A stretch of 64,000 nt of DNA from Thermoproteota archaeon (GTDB lineage: Archaea > Thermoproteota > Thermoprotei > Gearchaeales > Gearchaeaceae), in NCBI GenBank assembly GCA_032249235.1, contig JAVVGF010000003.1, positions 64,001 through 128,000 on the forward strand, written 5' to 3'. The stretch's first letter is position 1; every line of letters begins with the position of its first letter. Below are positions 1 through 9,772 of the stretch, one piece after another. The notes beneath the pieces were generated by a model. It made no database searches, was not told the DNA's origin, and saw only the letters and a program-made list of their open reading frames with translations. A program made the position numbers and the translations under genes.

Positions 1-262
1 GACCAGTGACAGGTTTTACCAGCTCTTCTAAAGTTAAATCATAACCAATATCCGAGAAACAGGAATCTCCTGTATGAACATGGGCATTAACAAAAGGAGG
101 CGTTATTATTATAGAAGGAAAGTTACCTTCTTTTCCTCTTTCTATCTTTTTAATTATTCCGTCTTCAATAACCATTGATATGTTTTCGTGAAATTCAAAG
201 TCATCAAGTAACGCAAACCTCGCTTTAATTTCTTTTTCATCTTTAGAATGCAAATTTTCCAT
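1..262 (-). CDS. Metal-dependent amidohydrolase/deaminase (5' part; runs off the window edge)
   Basis: Manual translation from ATG at 262 gives MENLHSK...IEDGIIKKIE...PPFVNAHVHTGDS, with the amidohydrolase HxH metal motif. Lies 21 bp downstream of cofH on the same strand. Confidence 0.8.
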   Translation of the reverse strand, partial: MENLHSKDEKEIKARFALLDDFEFHENISMVIEDGIIKKIERGKEGNFPSIIITPPFVNAHVHTGDSCFSDIGYDLTLEELVKPVTG

Positions 263-283
263 AAGTTTCTCAATAAATTTACT

Positions 284-1540
284 CTATCTCATTTCTCTTC
301 TATATTTGAATCTTTCATCCTTTATGAGCTTAAAATATGAACCGAATCTTTCCTCGCTCCATACAATATTTTCTATTTGTTCTGAGCCTTTTTCTTCAGG
401 ACTATTAAATATTTTGATGATCTTATAAGTAGTTGTTCTTTGTGCAGGAATCCTTTTCGCATCGAAAATTAACCTTCTTATCTCCATGGGTGACATGAAT
501 TGACCATATTTAGCTCCAGCTGCAGAAGATATGCTTTCATTTATGAGAGTTCCTCCGAAATCGTTAGCTCCACAATTCAACAAAAATTGGGCAAATTTTT
601 GTCCTTCTTTAACCCATGAAACCTGAATATTTCTTATGTAGTCATTTAAAACAAGTCTAGAAGTTGCATACAAAGCAACTATTTCTTCTCCCGACGGCCC
701 CGGTTTAATTCCATTGATAAGCTTATATTTATACATCGGAGCTTCTTCATATATAAAGCTCAAAGGTACGAATTCAGTAAAACCTTTTGTCTCTCTCTGA
801 ATTTCTCTGAGTATCAATAAATGCTTAGCTCGATGGATTTCTTTTTCGACATGCCCATACATTATTGTTGAAGTTGAAGGGATGCCTAATTTATGTGCAG
901 TTTTAATTATTTTTATCCATTCTGATGCAGAAATCCTACCTGGCGATATAATTTGTCTTATTTCGTCATCTAAAATTTCAGCGGCTGTTCCTGGTATAGA
1001 ATCCAAGCCAGCTTCTTTCAGCACTTTCAAATATTCTTCATAAGAAAGTCTTGCAAGATTTGCTCCGTACCAAATTTCAATAGGAGAAAAAGCATGTATA
1101 TGTATTAGAGGAAGTTCCTTCTTTATAGCTCTGATTATTTTAGGATAGAATTCCCAATCCAGCTTTGGAGGTAATCCTCCTTGGATACATACTTCAGTAG
1201 CACCAAGTTCGTATGCTTCTTTCGCTCTTCTAACTATTTCTTCGATCGGTAAAAAGTAAGTTTCTTCACTTCTAAAATCTTTGCTAAATGCACAGAAACC
1301 GCAACTCATAATACAAACATTCGTAAAATTTATGTTTCTGTTTATTACATACGTAACGATATCTCCTACTGTTTCTCTTCTTAAAATATCAGCGGCCAAA
1401 CAAATTAAATATAATTCTATCCCCCTACATTTCAGGAGTTTTTCTACTTCTTCAAGATTGAGATCTTTATGCGATAGAGCTCTTTCTACAATACTTACAA
1501 TTTCAGGATCTGCGATTTTTTCAATTGATTCAAGCTTCAT
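284..1540 (-). CDS. cofH: FO synthase subunit 2 (radical SAM)
   Basis: NRNINFTNVCxxxCxFC, GATEVCIQGG, PGTAAEIL, NIQVSWVK and GANDFGGTL motifs; adjacent to cofG. Confidence 0.9.
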   Translation of the reverse strand: MKLESIEKIADPEIVSIVERALSHKDLNLEEVEKLLKCRGIELYLICLAADILRRETVGDIVTYVINRNINFTNVCIMSCGFCAFSKDFRSEETYFLPIEEIVRRAKEAYELGATEVCIQGGLPPKLDWEFYPKIIRAIKKELPLIHIHAFSPIEIWYGANLARLSYEEYLKVLKEAGLDSIPGTAAEILDDEIRQIISPGRISASEWIKIIKTAHKLGIPSTSTIMYGHVEKEIHRAKHLLILREIQRETKGFTEFVPLSFIYEEAPMYKYKLINGIKPGPSGEEIVALYATSRLVLNDYIRNIQVSWVKEGQKFAQFLLNCGANDFGGTLINESISSAAGAKYGQFMSPMEIRRLIFDAKRIPAQRTTTYKIIKIFNSPEEKGSEQIENIVWSEERFGSYFKLIKDERFKYRREMR

Positions 1541-2703
1541 AGCGGCTTTTCCAACACATATCCTTTTTCATCTACTAATTTCGAAGCAATCTCTTTAACT
1601 TGTTCAGATAAGAAATCTTTTTTATTCAGATATTCGGGATACACTGGTAATCTTTGTTTTAGAATAAATCCTTCTTTTGCAAGCTCTCTTCTTATAAATT
1701 CGATGTGCGGCCAAGGTTTTTCAGGATTTACATAATCAATCGTTAAAGGTGAAATGCCACCCAAATCATTTATGCCTGCTCTAACGAGCTTCCTAACGTT
1801 CAAGTACAAATTCGGAGGAGCTTGAAGATTCATTTCTCCTAATATAATTCTAGTCAAAGCTAAAAATTTCAAGAAATAATGTTCAGAAGGAGGGGAGAAG
1901 TTTTCCATCATTGTTCCTTTTTTGGGCATGAAAGGTTGAATTATGACCTCTTGTATATGACCATATCTTTCGTGAATTTCTTTTATTGCAAATACAGATC
2001 TGATTGCTTCTTCCAATGTTTCTCCTATTCCTAGAAGTATACCTGTAGTGAAGGGAATTCTTAATTTACCAGCTTCTTCGATCACCTTGATTCTTAACTT
2101 TGGATTTTTGCTAGGTGCGAATTCATGAGGCATACCTTTTTGCATCAATCTTTCACTTATATTTTCCAACATAAGACCTAGACTTGCATTGTATCGTTTT
2201 AGTTTTTCCATTTCATATCCAGTTAAAAGCCCAGCGTTTGTATGTGGAAGTATTCCCAATTCTAATAATGTTTTTGAAACATCATAAAGCCATTCAATTG
2301 TGCTTGTTAGATTTTTATTTTTTAGAAAGACGATTGCTTCTTTATACTTTGCCTCAGGCCTCTCACCTGTTACCAATAATGCTTCGGTGCATCCTAATTC
2401 TATACCCTTTCTTGCAGTTTCAATAATTTCGTTTAGCTCTAGATAGCGACCACCTTCTTCTGGTTCTTTTTTGTATATACAATATAAGCAATGATCTTTA
2501 CAAAGCGTTGTAATGGGTATAAATACTTTCCTAGAATATGTGATGATATTTCCTTTATAAGTATCACGTATGGATGAAGCGATTTTAAAAATTTCTTCTT
2601 CATTTAATTCATGAAAAATTCTTACAGCTTTTTCGTAATCTATCGATTCACTAAGCTTTATTGCTTCTTCTGAATTCATTAACCAATAATTTCTAATAAG
2701 CAT
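1537..2703 (-). CDS. cofG: FO synthase subunit 1 (radical SAM)
   Basis: ITYSRKVFIP, CKDHCLYC, PHTNAG, PFTTGILLGIGE, QAPPNL, GGISPLTIDYVNPE and RLPVYP motifs. Confidence 0.92.
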   Translation of the reverse strand: MLIRNYWLMNSEEAIKLSESIDYEKAVRIFHELNEEEIFKIASSIRDTYKGNIITYSRKVFIPITTLCKDHCLYCIYKKEPEEGGRYLELNEIIETARKGIELGCTEALLVTGERPEAKYKEAIVFLKNKNLTSTIEWLYDVSKTLLELGILPHTNAGLLTGYEMEKLKRYNASLGLMLENISERLMQKGMPHEFAPSKNPKLRIKVIEEAGKLRIPFTTGILLGIGETLEEAIRSVFAIKEIHERYGHIQEVIIQPFMPKKGTMMENFSPPSEHYFLKFLALTRIILGEMNLQAPPNLYLNVRKLVRAGINDLGGISPLTIDYVNPEKPWPHIEFIRRELAKEGFILKQRLPVYPEYLNKKDFLSEQVKEIASKLVDEKGYVLEKPL

Positions 2704-2864
2704 ATAAGTTGTTTCTTGTCTTCATGACAGTGATATATCTGGTCGAACTAGCTTGAGTTGCTGAATAATCTATAAGCGATCTCATCATAATTAATTAGCT
2801 GTTTTCTTATTTTCTAAAGTCTGATGTTAATCTAGTTTTTATTAAAGTCTAAAGTTTAGGAGAT

Positions 2865-3203
2865 ATGGAAGATAAGTTACATGAGATAGTAGCAAGCATA
2901 AAAAGAATTGCAAATTTAAATGGTAATTCCAATACTCGTGCATTAAGCTTTAACTGGAATAAGGAAGGAAAATGGGATGTATATATTTATGATTTCAAAG
3001 AAAAACAGATTCGCAAAATAACGTCTGGCAAAGATTCTTATCTAAATCCTAATTTCTCTCATAGCGGTAAAGAGATATTGTACTTAAAGGATAAAGAAGG
3101 AGATGAAAATTTTCAAGTAATTCTAAGAAATCTTAAAAGCGACGAGGAAATTCAATTGACTAATGACTTGCTTCGGTATCGCCTAAAAAGATTCGAGGTT
3201 TAA
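2865..3203 (+). pseudogene. Truncated N-terminal beta-propeller of an S9/TolB-like peptidase
   Basis: PD40-like repeats (PNFSHSGKEILY, DKEGDENFQ); only 112 aa and no catalytic domain follows. Confidence 0.6.
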
Positions 3204-3386
3204 TTAAAAACGAAATAGAGGGAAAAGGAAGAGGAAACTTAGTACATTGCCAACACATCAACAAATATCACTATATTGAAATAGAGCCAAATTATCTCTA
3301 TGCTTCACTTAAGAAAGCGAAAGAATATTCTTGATAAATTACCTACTAATGAATATCAAAAACTGCTACTTAAAAGAAGATGATTA

Positions 3387-4301
3387 TTATTTTTCAGCTA
3401 ACTTCTTCTCAATCTCTGATCTTAACTTAGATCTTAACCTTTTTGCATCTTCTCTAACTACAATTTCAATTTTTTCCTGTAGTCCTAGATACTCTGTCAA
3501 TTGAAGATTTTTTATTCCTATCCTCTCTTCTATTACATCTTTTAGTTCAAGATCTATTTCATATCCAATAAAATTTCTTCCAAGTCTTTTAGCAACTATG
3601 CATGTAGTACCTGTACCTAAGAAAGGCTCCAATACTGTTTCTCCATAATAACTATACAAAGTTATGATCCTCTCAACAAGCTCCTCTGGAAATGCTGCAG
3701 TATATTTACTCCATTTTTCACTTGGAAGAACGTTTTTTATATCCCAAACAGACAGATACCATTTTTCTTCTTGGAATTTTTTTAGATCGATCTTGCTTTT
3801 TTGTTTTATTTCATCAGGTAAGATGTTTTTCTCGAACTTTCCAGGTTTTTTAAATATGATTATATCTTCGTATATATTATCTGGAAAATAATACATAGGA
3901 TAAGGATGTTGAATAATGACACCGCTTCTTCTTGAGATCCTAATATATCCTTCAGGTTTTCTCCATATGATTCTTTCTTGATATTCGAATCCTATATCTT
4001 GCATTATTCTTGTTAAATCTGAAACAATAGGGTAAAGTTTTCCGTTTATTCTAACGTCTTGTGTTACAAAGCAAGCCATCCTACCATTTTGAAGAATCCT
4101 GAAAATTTCTTTACCTACTTTTTCAATTGTTCTAAGAAATTCCTCATAAGAATTATAAAGATTGGGAAAATCAAAAGGAGCATTGTAATAAGGCGGCGAC
4201 GTTACAACCAAATGAACAGTTCCACTATTTATTTCTTTCATGTTTTCTGAATTTCCGAAAATTATTTTAACAAACATGCACGTTTCTATAATACATTTCA
4301 A
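3387..4301 (-). CDS. Site-specific DNA methyltransferase, N4-C/N6-A, beta class
   Basis: Motif IV LVVTSPPY precedes AFPEELVER and motif I VLEPFLGTGTT, followed by FIGYEID. Confidence 0.9.
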   Translation of the reverse strand: MKCIIETCMFVKIIFGNSENMKEINSGTVHLVVTSPPYYNAPFDFPNLYNSYEEFLRTIEKVGKEIFRILQNGRMACFVTQDVRINGKLYPIVSDLTRIMQDIGFEYQERIIWRKPEGYIRISRRSGVIIQHPYPMYYFPDNIYEDIIIFKKPGKFEKNILPDEIKQKSKIDLKKFQEEKWYLSVWDIKNVLPSEKWSKYTAAFPEELVERIITLYSYYGETVLEPFLGTGTTCIVAKRLGRNFIGYEIDLELKDVIEERIGIKNLQLTEYLGLQEKIEIVVREDAKRLRSKLRSEIEKKLAEK

Positions 4302-4588
4302 TAAATTAACCTAAATTCCTAATTTATATCAGACTTTCCATTATCTGAATTATTAATCTTATTATTCAATGAGGACCTAGCCTTCCGCTTTTATTAGCCG
4401 TTATTCAAACAAAAATTTCTTAATGAAAATTAATTATAGATGCATTTTGTAAAATAAATCATATTTTCAGTTAAATCATGATCACGGAATACTTTGATTA
4501 TTCTGCAGGTTTTGTTATCTTATTTTGAGTTTTGAAATTCTACTCTTAAGTTTTTAAAAGAAGAAATGAATCTAGTAGATAAACATAG

Positions 4589-5710
4589 ATGAAGAGATAC
4601 ATAACGATTATTATCCTATTTGGTTTTGTGAGCATGCTTGCTGATACAACATATGAAGGGGCGAGATCTGTTATTCCACAATATCTCGGTTATCTTGGAG
4701 CTGATTTAGCTTTTGTTGGTTTTTTGGGAGGTATTGGAGAATTTTCGAGCTATCTTCTAAGATTTGCTTCAGGCATGATAGCATCTAGATATGGGCTTCT
4801 ATGGGGTTTAACTATTACAGGCTATGCTTTAACTGGTTTCTCAATAGCCTTGTTATCCATAGCAACGAGCTGGCTTTCTGCATCGATATTAACGATAACA
4901 GAAAGAATAGCGAAAGGTCTTAGAACACCTCCTAGAGATGCTCTTTTAAGCAAGATAGCTCAACAAGGAAGAAGTGGTAGAGCGTTTGGGATTCATGGAG
5001 CTTTAGATCAAATAGGAGCAATCATAGGACCTTCGATAGCTGCTTATATTTTGTATATGCATAATTTTTCGCCTATACTTTTTATGACACTCTCAACTTT
5101 TGCCTTCATTTCAGTAATCATTCTCTTATATACAAGAGCGATATATCCTAAAGATATTGAAACTACACCCAGAAAAATTTCGCTAGGTATTCTTCGAGGG
5201 CCTCTTACTAGGTATGTAATCTCTGTTTCAATGCCAGCTATTGGTCTTGTTTCTATATTCATAGCAATATATTGGATTGGTAGAGAAGATCCTGTGTTAG
5301 GAACAATATATTTCATTGTTATTCAATTTATACAAATACTAGGTTCTTTAGCACTTGGAGAGCTTTATGATAAAATAGGTATGAAGGCTATTTACGTTTA
5401 TTATTTAATTGCACCGCTCATAACTTTGGGTTTTCTTATAAATCAACTATTTTTCTTGTTAATAGGAATTGTTCTAGCTTTAGAGGAAAGCATACAGAGA
5501 GCTATCGTTGGAGATATTGCTAAAGATAAAGAAGCTATCGCATATGGATATTATCACTTAGTTTATGGCTTAGCATCTGCAGCTGGAGGATATATAGTTG
5601 GTTATTTGGCTCAAAATGGTTTAATAATACAGCTTGCCATACTATCAAGCATAACATCATTAGTGGGAGCTCTATTATTCTCTACGATGAGAAGATATAG
5701 AGCTAGCTAG
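4589..5710 (+). CDS. MFS transporter
   Basis: About 12 hydrophobic segments; ERIAKGLRTPPRDALL and GRAFGIHGALDQIGA motifs. Confidence 0.88.
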   Translation: MKRYITIIILFGFVSMLADTTYEGARSVIPQYLGYLGADLAFVGFLGGIGEFSSYLLRFASGMIASRYGLLWGLTITGYALTGFSIALLSIATSWLSASILTITERIAKGLRTPPRDALLSKIAQQGRSGRAFGIHGALDQIGAIIGPSIAAYILYMHNFSPILFMTLSTFAFISVIILLYTRAIYPKDIETTPRKISLGILRGPLTRYVISVSMPAIGLVSIFIAIYWIGREDPVLGTIYFIVIQFIQILGSLALGELYDKIGMKAIYVYYLIAPLITLGFLINQLFFLLIGIVLALEESIQRAIVGDIAKDKEAIAYGYYHLVYGLASAAGGYIVGYLAQNGLIIQLAILSSITSLVGALLFSTMRRYRAS

Positions 5711-6045
5711 GAATGCTTTATTTTGTTTATTTAATACTTTTTAACTTTGTATCTTTTAAATTTAATTCCAAATAATCATATTATATTAATTGTGAATTTT
5801 TATAAATTATTTATTATATAAAAGTTTTCAAAATTAAGTGTATATGATCATATTTAGCGTTTGATAATTCAAGACGTAAAGAGGAAACTCGTTTTATTAA
5901 CTGTCAATAATTGAATTTTGGAAAAATTGGTAAGAGACATGAATGAGCTGTCTGTTCACTAAGCATGAGCATCCAAGAAGAAATTATTCTAATAAAGTAA
6001 TTAAAGTTGTTATCATTTTAATAATAAAAAGATTAAATATAGTTG

Positions 6046-6306
6046 ATGGCGAAGGTTATTTCTCAAGGATATGTGAAGGATTTCATGCGAAGAAGTGTTT
6101 ATTATGTCGATTTCGATGCCACAGTCTATGAAGCTTCGAAAATTATGAAAGCACACGATGTTGGAAGTGTAATAGTTAAATTGAATGATAAACCTGTTGG
6201 TATAATAACAGAAAGAGATATACTTTTGAAAGTTGTTGGCGAAGGTAAAGATCCAAAAAAAAGTAAAAGTTGGAGAAATAATGTCATCACCGCTTATTAC
6301 TGTTAG
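6046..6306 (+). CDS. CBS domain; N-terminal part of a frameshifted CBS-malic enzyme gene
   Basis: VKDFM...ATVYEASKIM...VGIITERDIL is a CBS repeat. Removing one A from the A8 run at 6255-6262 joins it to the next ORF. Confidence 0.75.
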   Translation: MAKVISQGYVKDFMRRSVYYVDFDATVYEASKIMKAHDVGSVIVKLNDKPVGIITERDILLKVVGEGKDPKKSKSWRNNVITAYYC

Positions 6307-7768
6307 AGCTGACGATACGATTGAAGAAGCTTTAAGGAAAATGAGTATTTATGGCTTTAGAAGGATGCCTGTCGTAGGTAAAAATGGAAAAATTATAGGA
6401 ATATTCGCACAAAGGTTCTTGATAAAACCTACAGAAGAAGAATTAGAAAAAAGAGCAAACATTCCTACAGAGGTTTCACCTGCTCTTCATGAATTTTACG
6501 GTGGTAAGATTGAAATTATACCCAAAGTCCAAATTTCTTCATATAGAGACTTTTCTATTTGGTATACTCCTGGTGTTGCTTCAATCGCTAAAGAAATTTC
6601 AAAAGATTTTTCTAAGTTATTTAAATATACGAATAAAGGAAATACAGTAGCCATCGTTTCTGATGGCTCGAGGACATTAGGTCTAGGAGATATAGGACCA
6701 TATTCTTCATTACCTGTTATGGAAGGAAAAGCTTTACTCTTCAAATATTTAGGCGGTGTTGATGCATTTCCAATAACTCTTAATACAAAGGATCCTGAAA
6801 AAATAGTTGAAATCGTAAAGTCAATTGAGCCAGCATTCGGCGGAATAAACTTGGAAGATATCGCTACTCCTAAATGCTTCGCTATTTATGAAAGATTATA
6901 TGAAGAGTTAGATATTCCTGTATGGCATGATGATCAGCATGGTACAGCATTAGTAGTTCTCGCTGCATTAATAAATGCTTTAAAAATTGTAGGAAAGAAG
7001 CATAATGAAATAACAATAACTTTGATAGGTGCTGGTGCTTCAAACTATAGAATAGCCAAAATATTAATAGCTTATGGAGTGAATCCAGCTAACATAATAG
7101 TCGTTGATTCCAAGGGAATTCTTAACAGGAATAGAATTGATTTAAAAGATGAGAATCCCTACAAATGGGAATTATGTAATATAACTAATGGGGAAAACAG
7201 AGAGGGTGGTATAGAAGAAGCTATGAAAGGAAGCGATGTTGTACTAGCTTTTTCTAAACCAGGTCCAGGCGTAATAAAGCCTGAATGGATAAAGCTGATG
7301 AATGATAATGCAATAGTCTTTGCATGTGCTAATCCTATACCTGAAATATGGCCTTGGGAAGCAAAAGAGGCAGGTGCAAGGATCGTAGCTACAGGTAGGA
7401 GCGATTTCCCTAATCAGGTGAACAATTCATTAGGATTTCCTGCAGTATTTAGAGGGGCATTGGAAGTATTAGCTAAAAAGATAACAACTGAGATGTTAAT
7501 AGCAGCAGCAGAAGAAATCGCAAAAATAGCTGAGGAATATGAAATAAACGAAGATTATATAATTCCTACGATGGAACAAGAGGAGGTTTATATTAGAGAA
7601 GCATTAGCCGTTGCTATTAAAGCTCAAGAAATTGGTGTAGCTAGATTAAAGTTATCAAAAGATGAACTCTTCTCAAGAATAAATGAAAAAATTAATAGAT
7701 CGAAAATGATTCTTGAGAAATTAATTAGTGAAGGAATTATAAAACGCTACACTGGAATTACTTATTAA
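6233..7768 (+). CDS. NAD(P)-dependent malic enzyme preceded by a second CBS repeat
   Basis: YTPGVA, PVMEGKALLFK, GGINLEDI, HDDQHGT, ANPIPEI and TGRSDFPNQVNN motifs; N-terminal VGEIMSSPLITV...RRMPVV is a CBS repeat. Confidence 0.9.
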   Translation: MLAKVKIQKKVKVGEIMSSPLITVRADDTIEEALRKMSIYGFRRMPVVGKNGKIIGIFAQRFLIKPTEEELEKRANIPTEVSPALHEFYGGKIEIIPKVQISSYRDFSIWYTPGVASIAKEISKDFSKLFKYTNKGNTVAIVSDGSRTLGLGDIGPYSSLPVMEGKALLFKYLGGVDAFPITLNTKDPEKIVEIVKSIEPAFGGINLEDIATPKCFAIYERLYEELDIPVWHDDQHGTALVVLAALINALKIVGKKHNEITITLIGAGASNYRIAKILIAYGVNPANIIVVDSKGILNRNRIDLKDENPYKWELCNITNGENREGGIEEAMKGSDVVLAFSKPGPGVIKPEWIKLMNDNAIVFACANPIPEIWPWEAKEAGARIVATGRSDFPNQVNNSLGFPAVFRGALEVLAKKITTEMLIAAAEEIAKIAEEYEINEDYIIPTMEQEEVYIREALAVAIKAQEIGVARLKLSKDELFSRINEKINRSKMILEKLISEGIIKRYTGITY

Positions 7769-7824
7769 ATTTAAATACTTAATAAAGAATAAACAAACGA
7801 AATAATTTATATAATTTTTAAATT

Positions 7825-8438
7825 TTATCTTAAACTCCTTTGTTTTCCTATTTCAAGCAAATCGAAAATACCTGTTTCTGCAATTCTATTTATAAAATAA
7901 GTTGTCAAGATGCCTGCAATTATTGCACCGCTAATCGCATGAATAAGTATGTATATTAGATACCTGAATAGCCAGCATAGGCGAAAACACCACTGATTAA
8001 TTGAGGTAAGAATATCCATCCTGGTAATATTACTGCTAAGCCTGGAAGAAATCCTGCAAGCGCCATACTTAGGTAGTCATATTTCTTATATCCCCGCATT
8101 GCAAAAACAACTTCACTAGCAAGCCCTGCTATGAATCCATAAACCAATGTAGTGATAGCAAAGTATGAGCCAAATATCATTTCAATTAATCCTCCAAGAA
8201 ATTCGCCGCTAAATGCTGAACCTGGTTTTCTTATCAAATAACCTGCAGCAGTTCCTCCTAGAGCCCAAAAGCCATACATGAACGGCCAAAGCAATATCAT
8301 GATAGGATATGCAGGAATTAGACCTGTAAGAAATGGATACAAATAGTTGCTTGCAATTACGAAAATAACACCAGATAGAACAGCTATTCCTGCTAAAGCT
8401 ACAATATCTAAACTAGTGTATTTAAGCTTCATCTTCAT
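7825..8438 (-). pseudogene. ECF transporter S-component, YkoE-like (thiamine/HMP), with a 1-nt frameshift near 7958
   Basis: GFW...YLIRKPGSAF.GE and GLASEVVFA motifs. The C-terminal helix (AISGAIIAG...ETG) is in another frame after ...TCAGGTATCTAA. Could be a sequencing error. Confidence 0.75.
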
Positions 8439-8472
8439 CGATGAATTTTAACTATAAGTGAGTAATTAAATA

Positions 8473-8493
8473 TTCTATAACCAGGTTATAGAA
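8473..8493. promoter_or_regulatory. Perfect inverted repeat TTCTATAACC-A-GGTTATAGAA; candidate ThiR-type operator
   Basis: 10-bp arms with a 1-nt spacer, directly upstream of the TATA-like element of the YkoE-like gene in a divergent intergenic region. Confidence 0.65.
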
Positions 8494-8527
8494 GCAAGAA
8501 TTTATTTGGAATCAATTTTATGTAGTC

Positions 8528-9736
8528 ATGCAATATTACAAAAGATTCTTAGCAAAAAGAGCCAACTTAATTGAGCCTTCTCCCTTAGCCAAGATATTGA
8601 GCAAAATTGAAGAATATAGAAAAAAAGGTAAAAGGATAATATCATTAGCTGCTGGAGATCCTGATCCTAATGTAATACCTAGAGAAGAAATTTCAAAGAT
8701 AGCTCAAAAAATTTTAGTCAAAAATCCTGCCTCAGTGCTTTATACACCTACTGCAGGAATTGAAGAATTAAGGAAGCATCTCGCTGATTTCATTTCTAAA
8801 TATGATGGTTTCAAAGTAAAAGCTGAAGAGATTATCGTTACAAGCGGTTCAACGATGGCTATTGACTTATTTTCAAGGATAATACTAGATCCTGGAGATA
8901 TTGTAATTGTAGAAAATCCTTCTTACATCAATAGTATTTTGGCATTTAAGCAACATGGAGCAAAACTAATAGGTATCGATTTAGATGAAGACGGTCTTAG
9001 TACGCATAAACTAGAAGAAGAAATCAAAAATTTGGGTCAAGAAATTAAGAAAATCAAATTCATTTATATCATACCTACAGGACAAAATCCTGCAGGAATA
9101 ACGATGAGTCTAGAGAAAAGGAAACATTTGCTTGAAATAGCTTCAAAATATGAGATTCTAATTCTTGAAGACTTGGCTTATAATTACTTAATATTTGAAG
9201 GTAATCCTTTACCTCCTTTGAAATCAATGGATAAAGAAGGAAGAGTGATAGTTGCAGGAACTTTGAGCAAAATAATGGGCACAGGTTTTAGAATAGGTTG
9301 GTTAATAGCTGAGAAAGAAATAAGAGAACTTGTTTTAAACGAAAAGCAACCTATTGATTTCAATGCTCCTACGATATCTCAATACATTGCATTAGAATTT
9401 CTTAAAATGAACTTATTTGTTTCAGCAATAGAGAAATCAAGAACAGCTTATATGGAAAAAAGGAATGCTTTATTAAAAATTCTCAGTGAAGCATCTTTAA
9501 ACTTTAAATATACAAAGCCAATTGCTGGAATTTTCTTGATTCTCGATTTGATGAAAGTAAATGCTGAAGAATTCGCAAATAGATTATTAGAAGAAAAGCA
9601 TGTTGCGGTCATACCTGCGAAGCCATTCTTTGTTAAAGGGGGTGAAACAACGATAAGGATTAATTTCAGCAGGCCTTCAATTCAAGAAATTGAAGAAGGA
9701 GTTAAAGCAATAGTTTCTCTTTATCGCACATATTAA
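8528..9736 (+). CDS. PLP-dependent class I aminotransferase (LysN/aromatic type)
   Basis: ISLAAGDP, PTGQNPAG, ILEDLAY and GTLSKIMGTGFRIGW motifs. Confidence 0.9.
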   Translation: MQYYKRFLAKRANLIEPSPLAKILSKIEEYRKKGKRIISLAAGDPDPNVIPREEISKIAQKILVKNPASVLYTPTAGIEELRKHLADFISKYDGFKVKAEEIIVTSGSTMAIDLFSRIILDPGDIVIVENPSYINSILAFKQHGAKLIGIDLDEDGLSTHKLEEEIKNLGQEIKKIKFIYIIPTGQNPAGITMSLEKRKHLLEIASKYEILILEDLAYNYLIFEGNPLPPLKSMDKEGRVIVAGTLSKIMGTGFRIGWLIAEKEIRELVLNEKQPIDFNAPTISQYIALEFLKMNLFVSAIEKSRTAYMEKRNALLKILSEASLNFKYTKPIAGIFLILDLMKVNAEEFANRLLEEKHVAVIPAKPFFVKGGETTIRINFSRPSIQEIEEGVKAIVSLYRTY

Positions 9737-9772
9737 GCATTAAACATAAAATTCGAGAATGTAAATTAGTTT

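Noticed and set aside
8439-8527. TPP riboswitch upstream of the YkoE-like gene
   Set aside because: The gap is only ~90 bp, AT-rich and lacks the CTGAGA core; a protein operator fits better.
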